From assembly GCA_977017575.1 (NCBI GenBank), contig CDRNVI010000049.1, forward strand, positions 1-64,000: a DNA stretch of 64,000 nt, written 5' to 3'. This document shows, one piece after another, positions 33,708 to 45,806 of this stretch. Numbering within the stretch: the stretch's first letter is position 1; each line of letters opens with the position of its first letter. The position numbers and the translations under genes were made by a program. The notes beneath the pieces are model-generated. The model saw only the letters and a program-made list of their open reading frames with translations. It searched no databases and was not told the origin of the DNA. This DNA comes from Paramoeba atlantica (lineage: Eukaryota > Protista > Discosea).

Positions 33708-34684
33708 ATGATACTTCTTCCCTGGAAAGACGTGTCACACGCTTTTACCGGGTATTGTTCTGATGTAGTTGTAGAGCTGAGCATATCTTTAAAAAGCCCC
33801 ACGCTTGACGTGTTCTGCGCTCTGGCAATGCTTCATTTGAATCTGACCCATGAAAAAGCAGCGGCTGTTCTCATTCCTTATGTGGGGGGCCATTATTCAG
33901 CACCCCATATATGGAAAAAAATTATTCAGCCGGCCTTGAAGCTTTCTGATGAGGCTGGCAATCTGGCCGACACAGAGAAGATTTTCTATCCGAGAAAAAG
34001 CATTTTGCATGGTGTTAAGTATACTGGACGGCGTCCCCATGTACAGCCGTGGGCCCAGTGAATTATATAACGCGAAAAAGGCCGCGAAGTATTGGACATT
34101 TCAAGTTCTTCTCATGATGGACGGTTGCCCTTTGGCAACCTGGGAGTGGACTTTTCGAGGGTCGGATTCATGGCAGCGAGTGCTTAGCCCAATCTGGCAT
34201 ACCTAGTTTCATGCATCGCCGTGATGAAATGATGATAGCAGACAAGGCATATATCGATAACCGTCAATGCTTTTGCCAAGAAGTTGGTCCTGCAATTGAC
34301 GAAACATTTGATATGGAGTTTCGCCGGATAAGAAACCGTGTAGAAAGGTTTTTTACCCATATGGATCAGCACAAGTTGCTGCACTATAATCAGCATCGGA
34401 AAGATTTTGCAAGATCTGCTTTCGGGTTGCTCTGGAATGCAGAGTGTACGCACTGGAAAGTTCACCAGGTAACACTGTACGACTCCGTAGAATATTTAGA
34501 TTCCACGCATTCTGTCGTTAGAGAATGGGCTTCTCGAGACTTTTGCTCTTGTCATTTTCAGAAAGGTGACAAAAAAGATAAAGATGCTATACGAGAGTAC
34601 CGAGAAGAGGTAAAACAAGATTTACAGCGCACTGGTGTCACAAAAAATTGGAAAAAGCCCTGCTCACGGACGCAAAGGAAGTAA
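33708..34684 (+). pseudogene. Harbinger/ISL2EU-type transposase, two frameshifts
   Basis: SILDGVPMY...LYNAKK (first D), IADKAY (second D), RIRNRVERFF (E), split over three frames. Confidence 0.8.
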
Positions 34685-35443
34685 GACGTACACGAAGTTG
34701 ACGCAGGCAGAGATGCGTCAGAAGCGAGCTGAGGAGAGCGCATTGAAGCAAATGAAGTCAAAGCAGAGAAAGAAGGATCTTGCGCGGGAAAAAAAGGACA
34801 ACGCCAAATTATTTTCTTAAATTTTATATGTCAATGTAAGGATATAAGGGATATACATGTATTCATTCTGTGAAAGGTTTTTAGTCTGCACAGTTCGCAC
34901 TTTCTTTTGGGTTGCATTCTGCAAAAAAGACGCGTATGGTGAAGCACACGTACAAATTGACTGAAAAAAAAAGTCATCCCTCTCGGGGAGTATTACCCCG
35001 AACGCGTTCCTTCTGGATCTCCCAAATTTCGCTAAGTCTTTGCCGTTGAAGATGCACTGGGTGCGGGTGGATGCGGCTGGGTGCGGGTGGGTGCGGCTGG
35101 GGATGTTTCAACCCTCTCATATTATGAATAATAATAAGCAGTTATGACATAACTGCGAGAGTTTGAAATCAAGGCCTTTAAGTCATTTAATATGTAGAAT
35201 TTGATGTTTGTTTTAGAATTTCTAAGGGTAACCTCAGCCCACGTTTTCTTTAATCAAAATTAGCCGAAGGTAAGAGACCACCTAGGCATTACTGACATTT
35301 TTACCTGTACTGTAGACATACCTAAATTTTTATCACTGTTTGACTTTCTGCACTGAATTTTCCTTATACGTAAGAAAAAACTCTTGAAACACGAGACTCA
35401 CTATACTAGGGAAAACATTCGGATATTCCAGGAACCTTTATGC

Positions 35444-36076
35444 CTATTTCCGCGGGTAGGCAGACTTTCCTTGTCCTGCGGCGTTGTAGCGCGGCTTAAT
35501 TGGGAGGACTTTTTCTTTTTCGCTGGAAGAGAGCCCGGACCACACTTCTTCATTTGACCGAGTGCACTGTCGCACACCATGGCCTTTCCGGCCGCAGTGT
35601 CGACATCCCATCGCCGGTGCATTCGGATAGTACCAAACCGGCTTAAAATTGCTAAAACTTGAGCGCGATCTTTCGAACTTGAAGCGTTTCTTCGAGGACT
35701 CGTCGTGCGTCCATCGACGTTTCTCAACCGTCCGGCCTAGTTCATTCATAGCTTTCTTGTTACCAGCTAGGATCGAGACGATGGCCTTGTCCGATAATGA
35801 GGCTTCATCATACAGAAGTAGATCCTCGATTTCGCTGGTCGTAATATCGACTTCCTTAGATGCTGTCAGACGGTGATAACACAGCACCGACGCGAGCTTG
35901 CACAACAAACCCCAATACATGAGGCGGACAGAGTCCACTTCTATGTCGGGGAGGGCGGCTTGTGTGTGGGGGGGAGAGCGGACATCGTTGTTCCACATAG
36001 AACTTTGCGAACAAATCAACAATCCCGCCCGTACGCCACGTGTTACAAATACAGTACATACAAGTGGAAAAAGCAT
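35444..36076 (-). CDS. Gag-like ORF with CCHC zinc knuckle
   Basis: CRHCGRKGHGVRQC. Lies on the minus strand inside the TE nest. Confidence 0.5.
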   Translation of the reverse strand: MLFPLVCTVFVTRGVRAGLLICSQSSMWNNDVRSPPHTQAALPDIEVDSVRLMYWGLLCKLASVLCYHRLTASKEVDITTSEIEDLLLYDEASLSDKAIVSILAGNKKAMNELGRTVEKRRWTHDESSKKRFKFERSRSSFSNFKPVWYYPNAPAMGCRHCGRKGHGVRQCTRSNEEVWSGLSSSEKEKVLPIKPRYNAAGQGKSAYPRK

Positions 36077-36299
36077 TGGCGTCGCGAAGTGGCACCAAAC
36101 GGTTTTTGCTTGCTATACTAGTAGTATAGTGAATTACTACATGTTGGTTACTGATTACTACACGGAATACTGATTACTACGTCGATTACTACATGCGCCT
36201 TTTGAGAGTGTGGAGCAGCAGTTTCCGACATGATTGAGGCAGGTAAAAGAAGGACTGATGCGACCGGTGTCATCAACTATGTAGGTTGTTGAGATTTAG

Positions 36300-36994
36300 G
36301 AAAAACTTCTAAACATACATGTACGTATGATTATCACACCAGAGGACGTTATTATGATTATCACTGTACATGAATTCGCATTCGGTGACTACAGGGACAA
36401 TAAAGAAGTAGTGGTGAACAGCTTCATAAATAGTGGGTAACAATCCCCTTCCTCTTGACTGCCACCAGCTTCAGGCCGTCTGATGTTTGGCTGGATCGCG
36501 GTCAAAACCTTTGCCGGACGAATACTTAGACCAAACGTTGGCAGTAATTACAAGCACTGGTGTCCCGCTTTTGAAGAGATCGTTGGCCTCGTCAACTCCA
36601 ATGATCTTACCGGCCTCTTCGAACCATCAGTACGTACATGCTCTCGAACCATCAGTACGTACATGGGTGAAAAACTCATCACTCCCTTCCAGAAGAACAT
36701 GAACCACTTTTGTTGCAGTCTGTCTAGGTGTTTTCGAAGATCTGCACCTAACGCTGCGGGACAACCTTCACGATCTGCCTCTCTGAGCAAAAGTTTAGTA
36801 GCCCAGTAGGGAATCAGCGCCGTAGGATTGTCTCGAACGTCAGAAAGCTCCTTCAGCATGTCTTTTTGGATGAAACTGGACGACAAGGGATGGTAATTGA
36901 AAACTGTATAGGTCCCCAAAAGAGATGTCATTGGAGAGTCATTAGTAGCTCCAGCGACTGCTGGTGATCGTCTGCGGTTGTCGGCGATTGGCAA
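36300..36994 (-). pseudogene. hAT-like transposase remnant (copy 1)
   Basis: After a frameshift the minus strand reads WWQSRGRGLLPTIYEAVHHYFFIVPVVTECEFMYS, resembling the hAT C-terminal dimerisation motif. Homologous to 43445..44083. Confidence 0.55.
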
Positions 36995-37324
36995 TGACTT
37001 TCAGCGCCCTCCTGAGACTGCCCAAATGCTCCTCAATGTTAACAACATTCGATTTTTTATTGCAACTCGTATAATGTTAACATTGGGGAGTAAAAGTTCG
37101 ATTATTGTCAACATTCGATCATTGTTAACAAAAAAGGTTCGAAAAACTTGTTAACAGTAAACGAGCCCCGCCTTTAACTTGAACACATTACCAGTCGCTG
37201 TACGATACCTTATACATGTATAGTTTACGATAACTTTAGTCGTGGTAACTTCCCTCCGCCTGTGTTGAAATTTCAGCAAATGTGCCAGGTCTTTCTTTAA
37301 TTCTTGTCTTCTGTATAGTTTCTA

Positions 37325-37864
37325 ATGCTTCACACCCTGGCGTCCTCGAGGTTTCACACAAGGAAGTGTGGAATACTGAGTTGTGAAAGAATTTTTTCGG
37401 TGGATGTTATAAGGCCTACGACCCGTACATGTGGCACGTGGTCATATTCTCAGACACGGAGATGCTCGTCTCAATCGGCTTCTCTGCGTAGTACACTGCA
37501 CGAAAGTGCATCTGGAACGAAGCAGTTGCAATCCCCACATTCTAACACCGCTTCGAATGCCTCAGCGTGTCACGCCCAGCGTTTCCCAATGGAAAGGTCT
37601 TCTTTCGTTTATGAGGGGGCGGAGAAAGGAACTGATATTGGAGCTCGGAATGAGGCAGCATATATTCCGTACAAATCGTTTGTTCCATCCATTTTTAGTT
37701 GGAAACGTCGCATTGGCATGCCCTCGTACAACAATATAATGACCACTATAATAGTGGAACTAGGGATTATTTTTACAACTGTTACAGCCGTATCCATACT
37801 ACTGTGGAGTGCATGGGTCCAAAGAAAATACGAAGTTGTTCGTCCTACTCGAGCAGCATCCTAA
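37325..37864 (+). CDS. Hypothetical protein with a C-terminal transmembrane segment
   Basis: ATG ORF on the cluster strand. Hydrophobic IIVELGIIFTTVTAVSILLWSAWV near the C-terminus. Confidence 0.4.
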   Translation: MLHTLASSRFHTRKCGILSCERIFSVDVIRPTTRTCGTWSYSQTRRCSSQSASLRSTLHESASGTKQLQSPHSNTASNASACHAQRFPMERSSFVYEGAEKGTDIGARNEAAYIPYKSFVPSIFSWKRRIGMPSYNNIMTTIIVELGIIFTTVTAVSILLWSAWVQRKYEVVRPTRAAS

Positions 37865-38436
37865 GGTTACAAAGCAAATAACCAAGATGGGGACAAATGT
37901 AACCCTCTGCTTCTTTATCGGCCTACTAGCCCTTTAGGCTGTTTGTGACCTTCTTGTTATGTCTACGTTTATTTATTCAACAGTTTTTAATTTTTTAATT
38001 TCAAATCGCCAAATTTGTAGGTGTTACCAGGTTTGTCTTGTTAAAGCATATAAAATTTATCATTTTTTTCTCATATTCGTTTCTCCCTGCACTAATTTAA
38101 GCCTGTATTAAAGTCGCAAAAACATACAAGCAAGTATTATTACGTAGGATTGATGGAGGTTGTCTGCGTACTGTTATTATGTTTTATTAATATACCGAAA
38201 TGTGTACTAAATAGAGCGTCAGGGAAGAAGGGACACTTTTGCAGCATCTATGTTTCTTTTTGATTTTGAAAAAATCTAAAATATTTTTAAAATATTCGAT
38301 GTTTTTTACATTTATTTTACCCTGAAGCGCATATTTCTCGAAGAGGAAGACGAGTTTAAACGGGGGGTATTAATATAATGTTATGATTCTATACCTCATA
38401 GTCTCATAGCCTTTTGCAACTTTACTATCAGCTGAC

Positions 38437-40014
38437 ATGAAGCATGACGTTTGGCAACCTTCCCTTAATGTAGAAAGTATTCCCAAAAAAGCCAAGTGGT
38501 CAGAGGGACCGCTGATTCGGGGGGGTGTTGCGTATAGTGATCTGCTCGACACCTACGACTTCCGTAAGGTCTACGGCGCTAAGAGCACCGATTATTTTGG
38601 AAATATTATTAACTACGTAACATCAAGAGCTTTTCGTTCCCAAGACGATATGAGCACCGTAGCACCCTATCCGAAATATGCGTCACATTTATTCCCCACA
38701 TCGAAAACTATAGAAAACCCTTTGAGCGCTATATGTACCCAGTGGACAAATACAGTCTATAATCATGACTATAGACGTACAGATCCTGCGATAAGTGAAC
38801 CTCGCACAAAGGGTTACTTTAGCAATATGATTTGGGTAAACGAAGGGCGTCGACTGATAGCATCTACCTCCACCGGAGAGTTTGCTTTATGGAATGGCCA
38901 TAGCTATACAATAGAGGGAAGAACACTTTCTCACGAAGAAGCCCCATGTCGTTCTCTTGCTTACGCACCAATTAATGAGATCTTATTTAGTGCCGACGAT
39001 TTAGGCGTTTTAAAAATTTGGAAATTGGACTTGAAATGTATTGCAAAGCTTCAGGCGCATTCTGGTTGCGGTTGTATGATTCGTGAGATCACTGTTTCTC
39101 CCTCGGAGATGAAATTCTTATCTGCAGGAAAGGATGGTACTGTTCGCGTGTGGGATACGGAGACGCAAACAATGATGAACAAATTTCAAGGGCATGGCAG
39201 TGACGTGACATCGTGCTCTTGGCATTCGGATATGGCTTTAATTGCAACAGCAAGTTTAGACAATAACATTCGTCTATGGGATCCAAGAACACCTCGATCC
39301 GAATTGGCCATTATGCAGGGACATATGAGTGGTGTGGGCCGAGTGCGATTTAATCCAACATGCAAACATTGGTTGCTCTCGGCAAGTAAGGATAACACGA
39401 TCCGATTGTGGGATATACGAAAGCTTGATACTGTTTCATTATTTCGTGGACATACGAAGGAGCCTACGGGCATTGAGTGGCATCCTCACCATAGCACACT
39501 TTTCACATCCGCCGGATTGGATGGTATTTTAGCGTTTTTTATTGTGAACTACGGGGGCGCTACTTTATGCTACAAAGGTCGTGACGTACACAATCGCTGG
39601 ATGGCAGCAATAAATCGCGCCCATGGGACATTTAGATCTTTGCCTACAGGGATTCAGAACGTAACATGGCATCCCTTGGGTCACGTAGTAGCGACCTGTT
39701 CATTCGACGGTCGACTTTGGACAAGAAACAAAGTTGGTTCCGAAATTGAGGTGAATTACAGCGAGAGTGAAGATTCTGCATACGACGTCATCACGACGCG
39801 ACGAGAAACGCAAAGACATGACCCAGATGACACCAAACCGCAAACTTGTTTCTATCATGACTCCAAGACGCTAGCCCCGGAAAGCTCCCAATGGGCGATC
39901 ACCCAAAATCACGGTACTTTAAATGAAAAATCGTACCTCGACGATGAGTATGATGCTCCTTCAACACGCAGTGACAATGAAGATGCCATTAACGCGACAT
40001 TTACATTAGAATAG
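38437..40014 (+). CDS. WDR33: Polyadenylation factor WD40 subunit WDR33/Pfs2
   Basis: EGRRLIASTSTGEFALWNG, GHGSDVTSCSWH...LIATASLDNNIRLWDPR, WLLSASKD..IRLWDIR, WHPHHSTLFTSAG, WHPLGHVVAT...RLWTRN. Confidence 0.85.
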   Translation: MKHDVWQPSLNVESIPKKAKWSEGPLIRGGVAYSDLLDTYDFRKVYGAKSTDYFGNIINYVTSRAFRSQDDMSTVAPYPKYASHLFPTSKTIENPLSAICTQWTNTVYNHDYRRTDPAISEPRTKGYFSNMIWVNEGRRLIASTSTGEFALWNGHSYTIEGRTLSHEEAPCRSLAYAPINEILFSADDLGVLKIWKLDLKCIAKLQAHSGCGCMIREITVSPSEMKFLSAGKDGTVRVWDTETQTMMNKFQGHGSDVTSCSWHSDMALIATASLDNNIRLWDPRTPRSELAIMQGHMSGVGRVRFNPTCKHWLLSASKDNTIRLWDIRKLDTVSLFRGHTKEPTGIEWHPHHSTLFTSAGLDGILAFFIVNYGGATLCYKGRDVHNRWMAAINRAHGTFRSLPTGIQNVTWHPLGHVVATCSFDGRLWTRNKVGSEIEVNYSESEDSAYDVITTRRETQRHDPDDTKPQTCFYHDSKTLAPESSQWAITQNHGTLNEKSYLDDEYDAPSTRSDNEDAINATFTLE

Positions 40015-40188
40015 TTTAAATTATGCAAATCGTATGATACATTGTAAAAATCCTTTATATGGACGTTGGGTATCGAGATTTCTCCTTCCTCCGATTCATC
40101 GCAACAGAAGCGCACCACTAATTTGGGAACAGATTTCATGTTTATTAGTTTGTGCATTGATTTCCCTTATTTTATATTTTCTTCGCAC

Positions 40189-41022
40189 ATGAGAATTATT
40201 TTTGTATGTCTGTGTATCATAGGGTTTGACTCGTGCCATATTAGGGCATTGCACGGAGTTCGATTCGCGGATCAGGAGGCCGTTCCTGGAGCCCCGCTGA
40301 ACGCTCATCTAATACTTCAAACAGGTACCACTTCCATCGGGTATTGGGTAGAGCGCTGCCTTTATACTCTGGAGTACTACTTAGGAGGTGTGATCGGTGG
40401 AAATCCTTCACCGATGTTGGATACAAATTCTGATTCACTCGGAGGCGTTGTACAAGAAACATTGCGTGCTGCACTGAGCTCGCGATATTGTTTTACAGTG
40501 TCGTGGAATGAAACATATTTCGGATTTTGGACATTGACGCAGCGCCGCTCGTTTCCATGTGCCACATCATGCGAATCGAAGAACTCATCGCACGCACAGA
40601 CATGTTCCGGGGTGGATTTCAATTACCGTCTCAGGACAAGGCGGCAAGCAAAGCCTCCATATCGTCCATGGTACACGCAACTGTTTGCCCGAAGTCATGG
40701 GCTACCAGATTTAAAGGATGAATGGCCTTGTGAACCTTGCAAGCCACAAATTTACAACATTCCTGGTTTTTCTCAGAAGTGCGCAAAAGTTCAAATTGGC
40801 GATGCTCATGCGGAATTTGAGTGTGATGAGCCCACCATGTGCGATTACGATCCGAACTGGGGCTTGGAACCTAGATGTTCATTTTGGCGCAACCGTGCGC
40901 GGCATGGTCTACTCTGGGGAGGTCCTACTCAATGTGCACAATGTGGTAAACAATACTACGCTTCCGATGGTCACCTTGAGACATCTGCTCGAAAACAAAT
41001 AGAGCAGCTGTTCGATCAGTAG
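40189..41022 (+). CDS. Predicted secreted Cys-rich orphan protein
   Basis: Signal-peptide-like MRIIFVCLCIIGFDSCHIRA. Many Cys and Trp residues in the C-terminal half. Confidence 0.6.
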   Translation: MRIIFVCLCIIGFDSCHIRALHGVRFADQEAVPGAPLNAHLILQTGTTSIGYWVERCLYTLEYYLGGVIGGNPSPMLDTNSDSLGGVVQETLRAALSSRYCFTVSWNETYFGFWTLTQRRSFPCATSCESKNSSHAQTCSGVDFNYRLRTRRQAKPPYRPWYTQLFARSHGLPDLKDEWPCEPCKPQIYNIPGFSQKCAKVQIGDAHAEFECDEPTMCDYDPNWGLEPRCSFWRNRARHGLLWGGPTQCAQCGKQYYASDGHLETSARKQIEQLFDQ

Positions 41023-42381
41023 TCGCATATTACTTTTTTCTCCTGCAGACACAATCAAAAACATTACCTTCCTTTCGCTCTTTGTATTTGTTATGAGTAT
41101 TTGCATTTTTTTATAGTTCTACATGTATGTGTCTCTATGTATGTCTCTATGTATGTCTCTATGTATGTGTTCTCTATTCTTCCTGCTGCGCCTTACGAAA
41201 TATGTAAGTCTATAATATAAACATTGATCGCGTCACACTGAAAAATCGAAATGAAGCAGGTGTCGTAGAATATTCGGGTATTCGAAATATTTACAGGGCT
41301 GAAACCTGAAGGACTGTCACGTAACAGGTGGGATCGCGTGGGATGAGTGATTCAATCACATGTGATACTAATACTTTTGCTAATGCTACTCTTTTGGTCT
41401 TTGATTCCTTGATCATTTCTTCATCAATCTATTCAGAATAAAATATTCAGAGGAAATTTTCTGAGCATACATTTCTTTTTTCTTTTATCAAAACTAATGG
41501 AAGGCTATATTACTCTAGATGACTCAGTGTATATGGAAGGCCTTTTCGTCTCCAGTGACTCGGAAGCCTATGATTGTCTAGTTCGTGGGTCGAACGTTCG
41601 GTGGAGTTGAAACAATATTGCCGTATTTTTGTCAAAAAACTAATTATTCCATCGGAATGTTGTAAGAATCATCAACGAAGATACAATAAAGTGCAAAGGA
41701 TGGAACGCACAAATGGCTTGGGTCCGCCTCGCGACCCCAAAAGACGGTTACAGTATTTCACTCCGCGCGAAGTGAGGCAGAGGGAGACCTTACCCTCCCT
41801 ATTACGGCCGAAATTTGGTTCCTGGCTCCATTTTTTTGACGGATAAAATCAGGCGGGGCGTTGCCTGACGACCTGACCTATTCCGGTTCATAGCTAGTGG
41901 GACATACGTAAAATACTACAAGCCATGTGATACCTCGGGGGTAGGTACGGAGCCCGAGACAATGCCATAGAAAAACCATTTAACTCATATGTCTTGCCTT
42001 GACAAGCAACGTAAAAAAGATTTCGGACAATCAGTACCTAAATTGCGCAAAAAGAATCTAAACTTCTTTCTGCCTCACATACTTTACTCTCCGTGGGAAT
42101 TTCTTTTGCCGCCCCCATCTTGTCAAGAGCGTGCTTCCGTTCTTGCAAGATGCATGCTGTTCGAAGTGCAATCATTACAGGGGTCCGAATAACTACAAAA
42201 CTTTATTATAGGTACTTTAAAGTAACTATATTTATTTTTCCCTACCTTTATCTACCTTTATTTTTTTGTCAATGGTTTGCACTGTAATCGTAGAAATTTT
42301 GTAGAAATTTTTCAATGCCTAATCGCTCGGATTGATACAGAAAGTCGAGCTAAATTTGTCCAGTCTTTTTAGTAAAATTAC

Positions 42382-42490
42382 TTTTTTAGGCTCTTCGTTA
42401 AACGCGGTGGTTGTTTTCAACTTAGAAGTCACACATGCTGTGCGCTTCCCGTTGAAAACTACCACCGCGTTTAACGAAGAGCCTAAAAAA
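42382..42490. repeat. ~110-bp palindromic repeat family (other copies at 44084-44160, 54276-54388, 54479-54587; half copy at ~18612-18645)
   Basis: Arms TTTTTTAGGCTCTTCGTTAAACGCGGTGGTTGTTTTCAAC and GTTGAAAACTACCACCGCGTTTAACGAAGAGCCTAAAAAA around a ~29-nt loop. Confidence 0.85.
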
Positions 42491-43444
42491 GAAAAATCTC
42501 CAAAAGATCATGAATAAACTACTTTTTTGGGGGAAAAAGTTCGATTTTTCGGCAAAAATTGCGAAATTTTACACCGAATTTGGGCTGTTTTGTATACCTG
42601 ACCAGTAGGGGCAGGAGTCGAATTTGTCGACAAAAACGTCGTAGAATGGTATCTGAGGTCCGAAATTCTCCAAATACGGTTTAGGAGTCGATTTTGGAAG
42701 AAGAATATTTTTCCTTTTTTTTGGGTCAAAAATTTTTTCCGCAGGCGTTGCCGCATCGTTATTGAGCGAAACGGATCTTCTTGTGGGTATTGAGGGTAAT
42801 TTTTGACCATTTTTTACAGTTTTTCAACTTTGCAAATCGTGTTCTTGACCCTTCCATCAAATGGGGGTACCCCCCTAACCCCCGCAAACTGCGTATCCTA
42901 AAACATACAACTCTGCGAGAGCTCTCGAATGCGCTATTATTTCCCAATATCGGACAAATTTTACGAATTTTAGACCCCTCCCCATCATGGGATTTTCACC
43001 CCTGTATGTACATCTACACATACTCTGTAAGTGTACAGTGTATATCAGCAAGGGATATTCTAAACCACAGTCCGAGTTAGCATTCCTGTAGCTAGATAAC
43101 ATTCCGGGGGGGAATGTTATTATGTCCCATTGCTCCCCCCGAAAAACCCCCGTGCCCCCCCGTGGCTTACAGGTTCACCCACTCCACCGACGAAGAGCCA
43201 CCACGGGAGATTCTCAACTCTGCTCCCCTACAGGGTCCTCCAGGTTTTCGGTACGCATGTACGCTACGTAGTACTTTAAGAAAGTTCAAGAACTCCAAGA
43301 AAGTGAAGCAAAAGAAGTCGAAGCAATGGGCGAAGAGGAAGATACTGAATAAATGAAGTTATTTTTCCTTTCAACAAAATAACTCAAAAAATTATCTTGA
43401 AAATTTGACAATCCTGTAGCTACTTAACCTTCCCCCCCGGAATG

Positions 43445-44083
43445 TTAAACCGGACTGGTGCATAGGTATCTGCAGGGGAAATGAAAGCTTGGCGCGAATT
43501 GAACATGACATGTCATGTATGACAGGATAGACAGCATTGAATCACACTTCGTGACCACAACAGGAATCCATAGATAGTGGCGGGCAGCAACGAACACGCT
43601 AGGAGATAAAATTTTCCCAGTACTGCACCACCATTGATATTCATATTCATAGACCGTGGGATCCCACCCATAGTCATCACAATCAGTGCTTCCTTCAACT
43701 TCGGTGATTGAAAAAATCGGATGCTCCGAGGCTTGGTCGTCAAAAAGGTTATTCGCGGCGGCGACTGAAATGGGTTCCTGTTGACATGGCCGGCCGAACC
43801 GAACAATCCAACTTGGTCGAAACCACATTACTTGTTTCCAGAGACGCATATTATGATTCTTATCTAGTCTTTTCTTGTGGTGCAAAAGGGATGATCGTAG
43901 TCCTTGTGGTGCTCCTGTACCTTCCGAAATTTCGTATAGATGCTCCAACATTTGGCGAACGTGTGTTGCCATCGGAGTATCTTTGCTTTTACTAAATTCC
44001 TTGAGTGCCGCATGTAGTTCACTGCATTCGCTCAAAAAAGATTCACACTGCTTCTTAAAGCATTGTGAGCCAAATTTAGTCAA
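43445..44083 (-). pseudogene. hAT-like transposase remnant (copy 2)
   Basis: QWWCSTGKILSPSVFVAARHYLWIPVVVTKCDSMLS. The upstream WKQVMWFRP matches WKGVMSFSP in copy 1. Confidence 0.55.
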
Positions 44084-44190
44084 GTTAGAAGTCGCTCATG
44101 CTGCGCGCTTCTAAGTTGAAAACTACCACCGCGTTTAACGAAGAGCCTAAAAAAGAAAAATCGCCAGAAAATCCTTTAACGTAGGTGACG

Positions 44191-44430
44191 ATCGCAGGAC
44201 GGGAAATGCGTTTCTGAATGAACGAAGGGCTCCGGGTCGCCCCGGCTGGCCGCTGGCTCCCTCAGGAGGTTGTGCCTCCTTTGCGAACTTGCCACCCTCC
44301 TTCAAGGGTGACACGCCAGGCCCTTCACAGACGGTGGGGGGTACGAGAACCGAACGCGCCTACCAGTTTCCGCTTGTCCAAGGGGGTGCCGACGTGTTTA
44401 ACGTTGTTTGACGCCCACGACGGGTACGGG
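44191..44430. repeat. ~230-bp GC-rich direct repeat, second copy at 46212-46432
   Basis: Shared blocks such as CCCCGGCTGGCCGCTGGCTCCCTCAGGA, TTGCCACCCTCCTTCAAGGGTGACAC and GGCCCTTCACAGACGGTGGGGGGT. Confidence 0.85.
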
Positions 44431-45806
44431 AAGATGCCTAGGTCAGGGGTGTTCGACCCAGCAGAGTATAGGATCCCCAGCATAGAAGAAGAAGAAGACG
44501 AAGAAGAAGAAGACACGGAGGGCTGTGCAGCGCCAAACGTTAGGGTAGCGTCTCAGGTCACCGACCTTCATTATCTTGCAACCCCTTTCTCAGACTGCAC
44601 TCGACGCCTTCCGGCCCGAGCACGACTACCCAACCGTAGCTGCCAGGACGGGCGTCCACCCCGTTGCATCGTGTAGGCTGTGTCTCAAGCCTCCTTTGCG
44701 TAAGCCTCCTTTGCGTATTTACCCACATGTGGGTAAATGCGGGTAATTTACCCGTTTGAGTTACCCGTTTAACCGCATTTACCCGCCATTCTTCAATTGT
44801 TATTAACTTTAGTAGGAACTCAAGTTGCAATACCTAGTCGAAGAGCTACCGTGTCAGACACTCCAATGGGGATATTTCTGTCCTATATTCGCTTTAGTAG
44901 GCCCTCGCATTGTTTCTAGCTACATGATCGACTAAACTTCCATCAGTGATCATGAATGGATTAAAAGCTTCAACAAACGTTGCTCACCAAGATTGGCTTG
45001 CAGAGTACAGATTAGGTGCTGTGCCATAGTTTTTCCATCGATTGCTCGATGTCTCGGTGAATAGATGGGACGTAGTAAGTATTACTGCGGGCCAACGCAC
45101 ATCACTGACAATAAAATTAGAGGCTGTGGGTATGATCTCGCGTGGTCTCACGTGATCTCGTTTTGAGATCGTCCAACCACCTTCCCGAGCCAAATCTGCT
45201 CTCGAGAGATCTACACCCCCGTCCCAGAATATAGTTAGTAATATAGTTAGTAACATATATGTGTAGTTAGTACTATATGTATAGTTAGTAGTCCCAGAAT
45301 ATAGTTAGTAACATTTAGAGAACGCCAAAAGAGCTTTTCGTTTTCTGTTTTTTGTGGATTATGTATGACGTCGTCGTGACTAGCTTAAAATTGTTATTAG
45401 CTCGTGTTTCTTTTTTCCTACAATATGATCTTAAATTTTATTACCTACATGCCGCCGTACTGCTTAATTTTTTGGTCGGAGAATCAAGTACCCGGATTTT
45501 TTTCTTTCTTTCGGGTTCTTTGACTTTAATCGCTTCATATTTACAGCTTTGATATTTGTAATTTCACGAATTAGACTATTCACGGGTATCCCTATAGTCT
45601 GCCTATACTCCTTTATTTTTTCTGATTTTTTATGACTGATTCCACGTTCAAACTTTCGGATAGCGAATCAGACGATGCAGAAGTGATCACTTGCGAAACA
45701 GTCTCACTTTCTGAAACATCGAGTTCCGATTAGTATGACACCTCAGACATAACTACTCCCCCTCTCATTAATAATTATAAACCTCCAAAAATCATTAAAG
45801 GGATTG

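Larger units (their letters stand above)
32292..35116 (+). mobile_element. PIF/Harbinger-like (IS5-related) two-ORF DNA transposon
   Basis: Perfect 13-bp TIRs GAGGGTTGAAACA and TGTTTCAACCCTC. TCA duplicated at 32289-32291 and 35117-35119. GGGTGCG subterminal arrays at both ends. Contains ORF1 plus a frameshifted DDE_Tnp_4-type transposase. Confidence 0.85.

Noticed and set aside
44191-44430. HDV-like or hammerhead ribozyme (as in ingi/L1Tc 5' ends) in the 230-bp repeat
   Set aside because: A nested double pseudoknot or a CUGANGA/GAAA core could not be built by eye on either strand.
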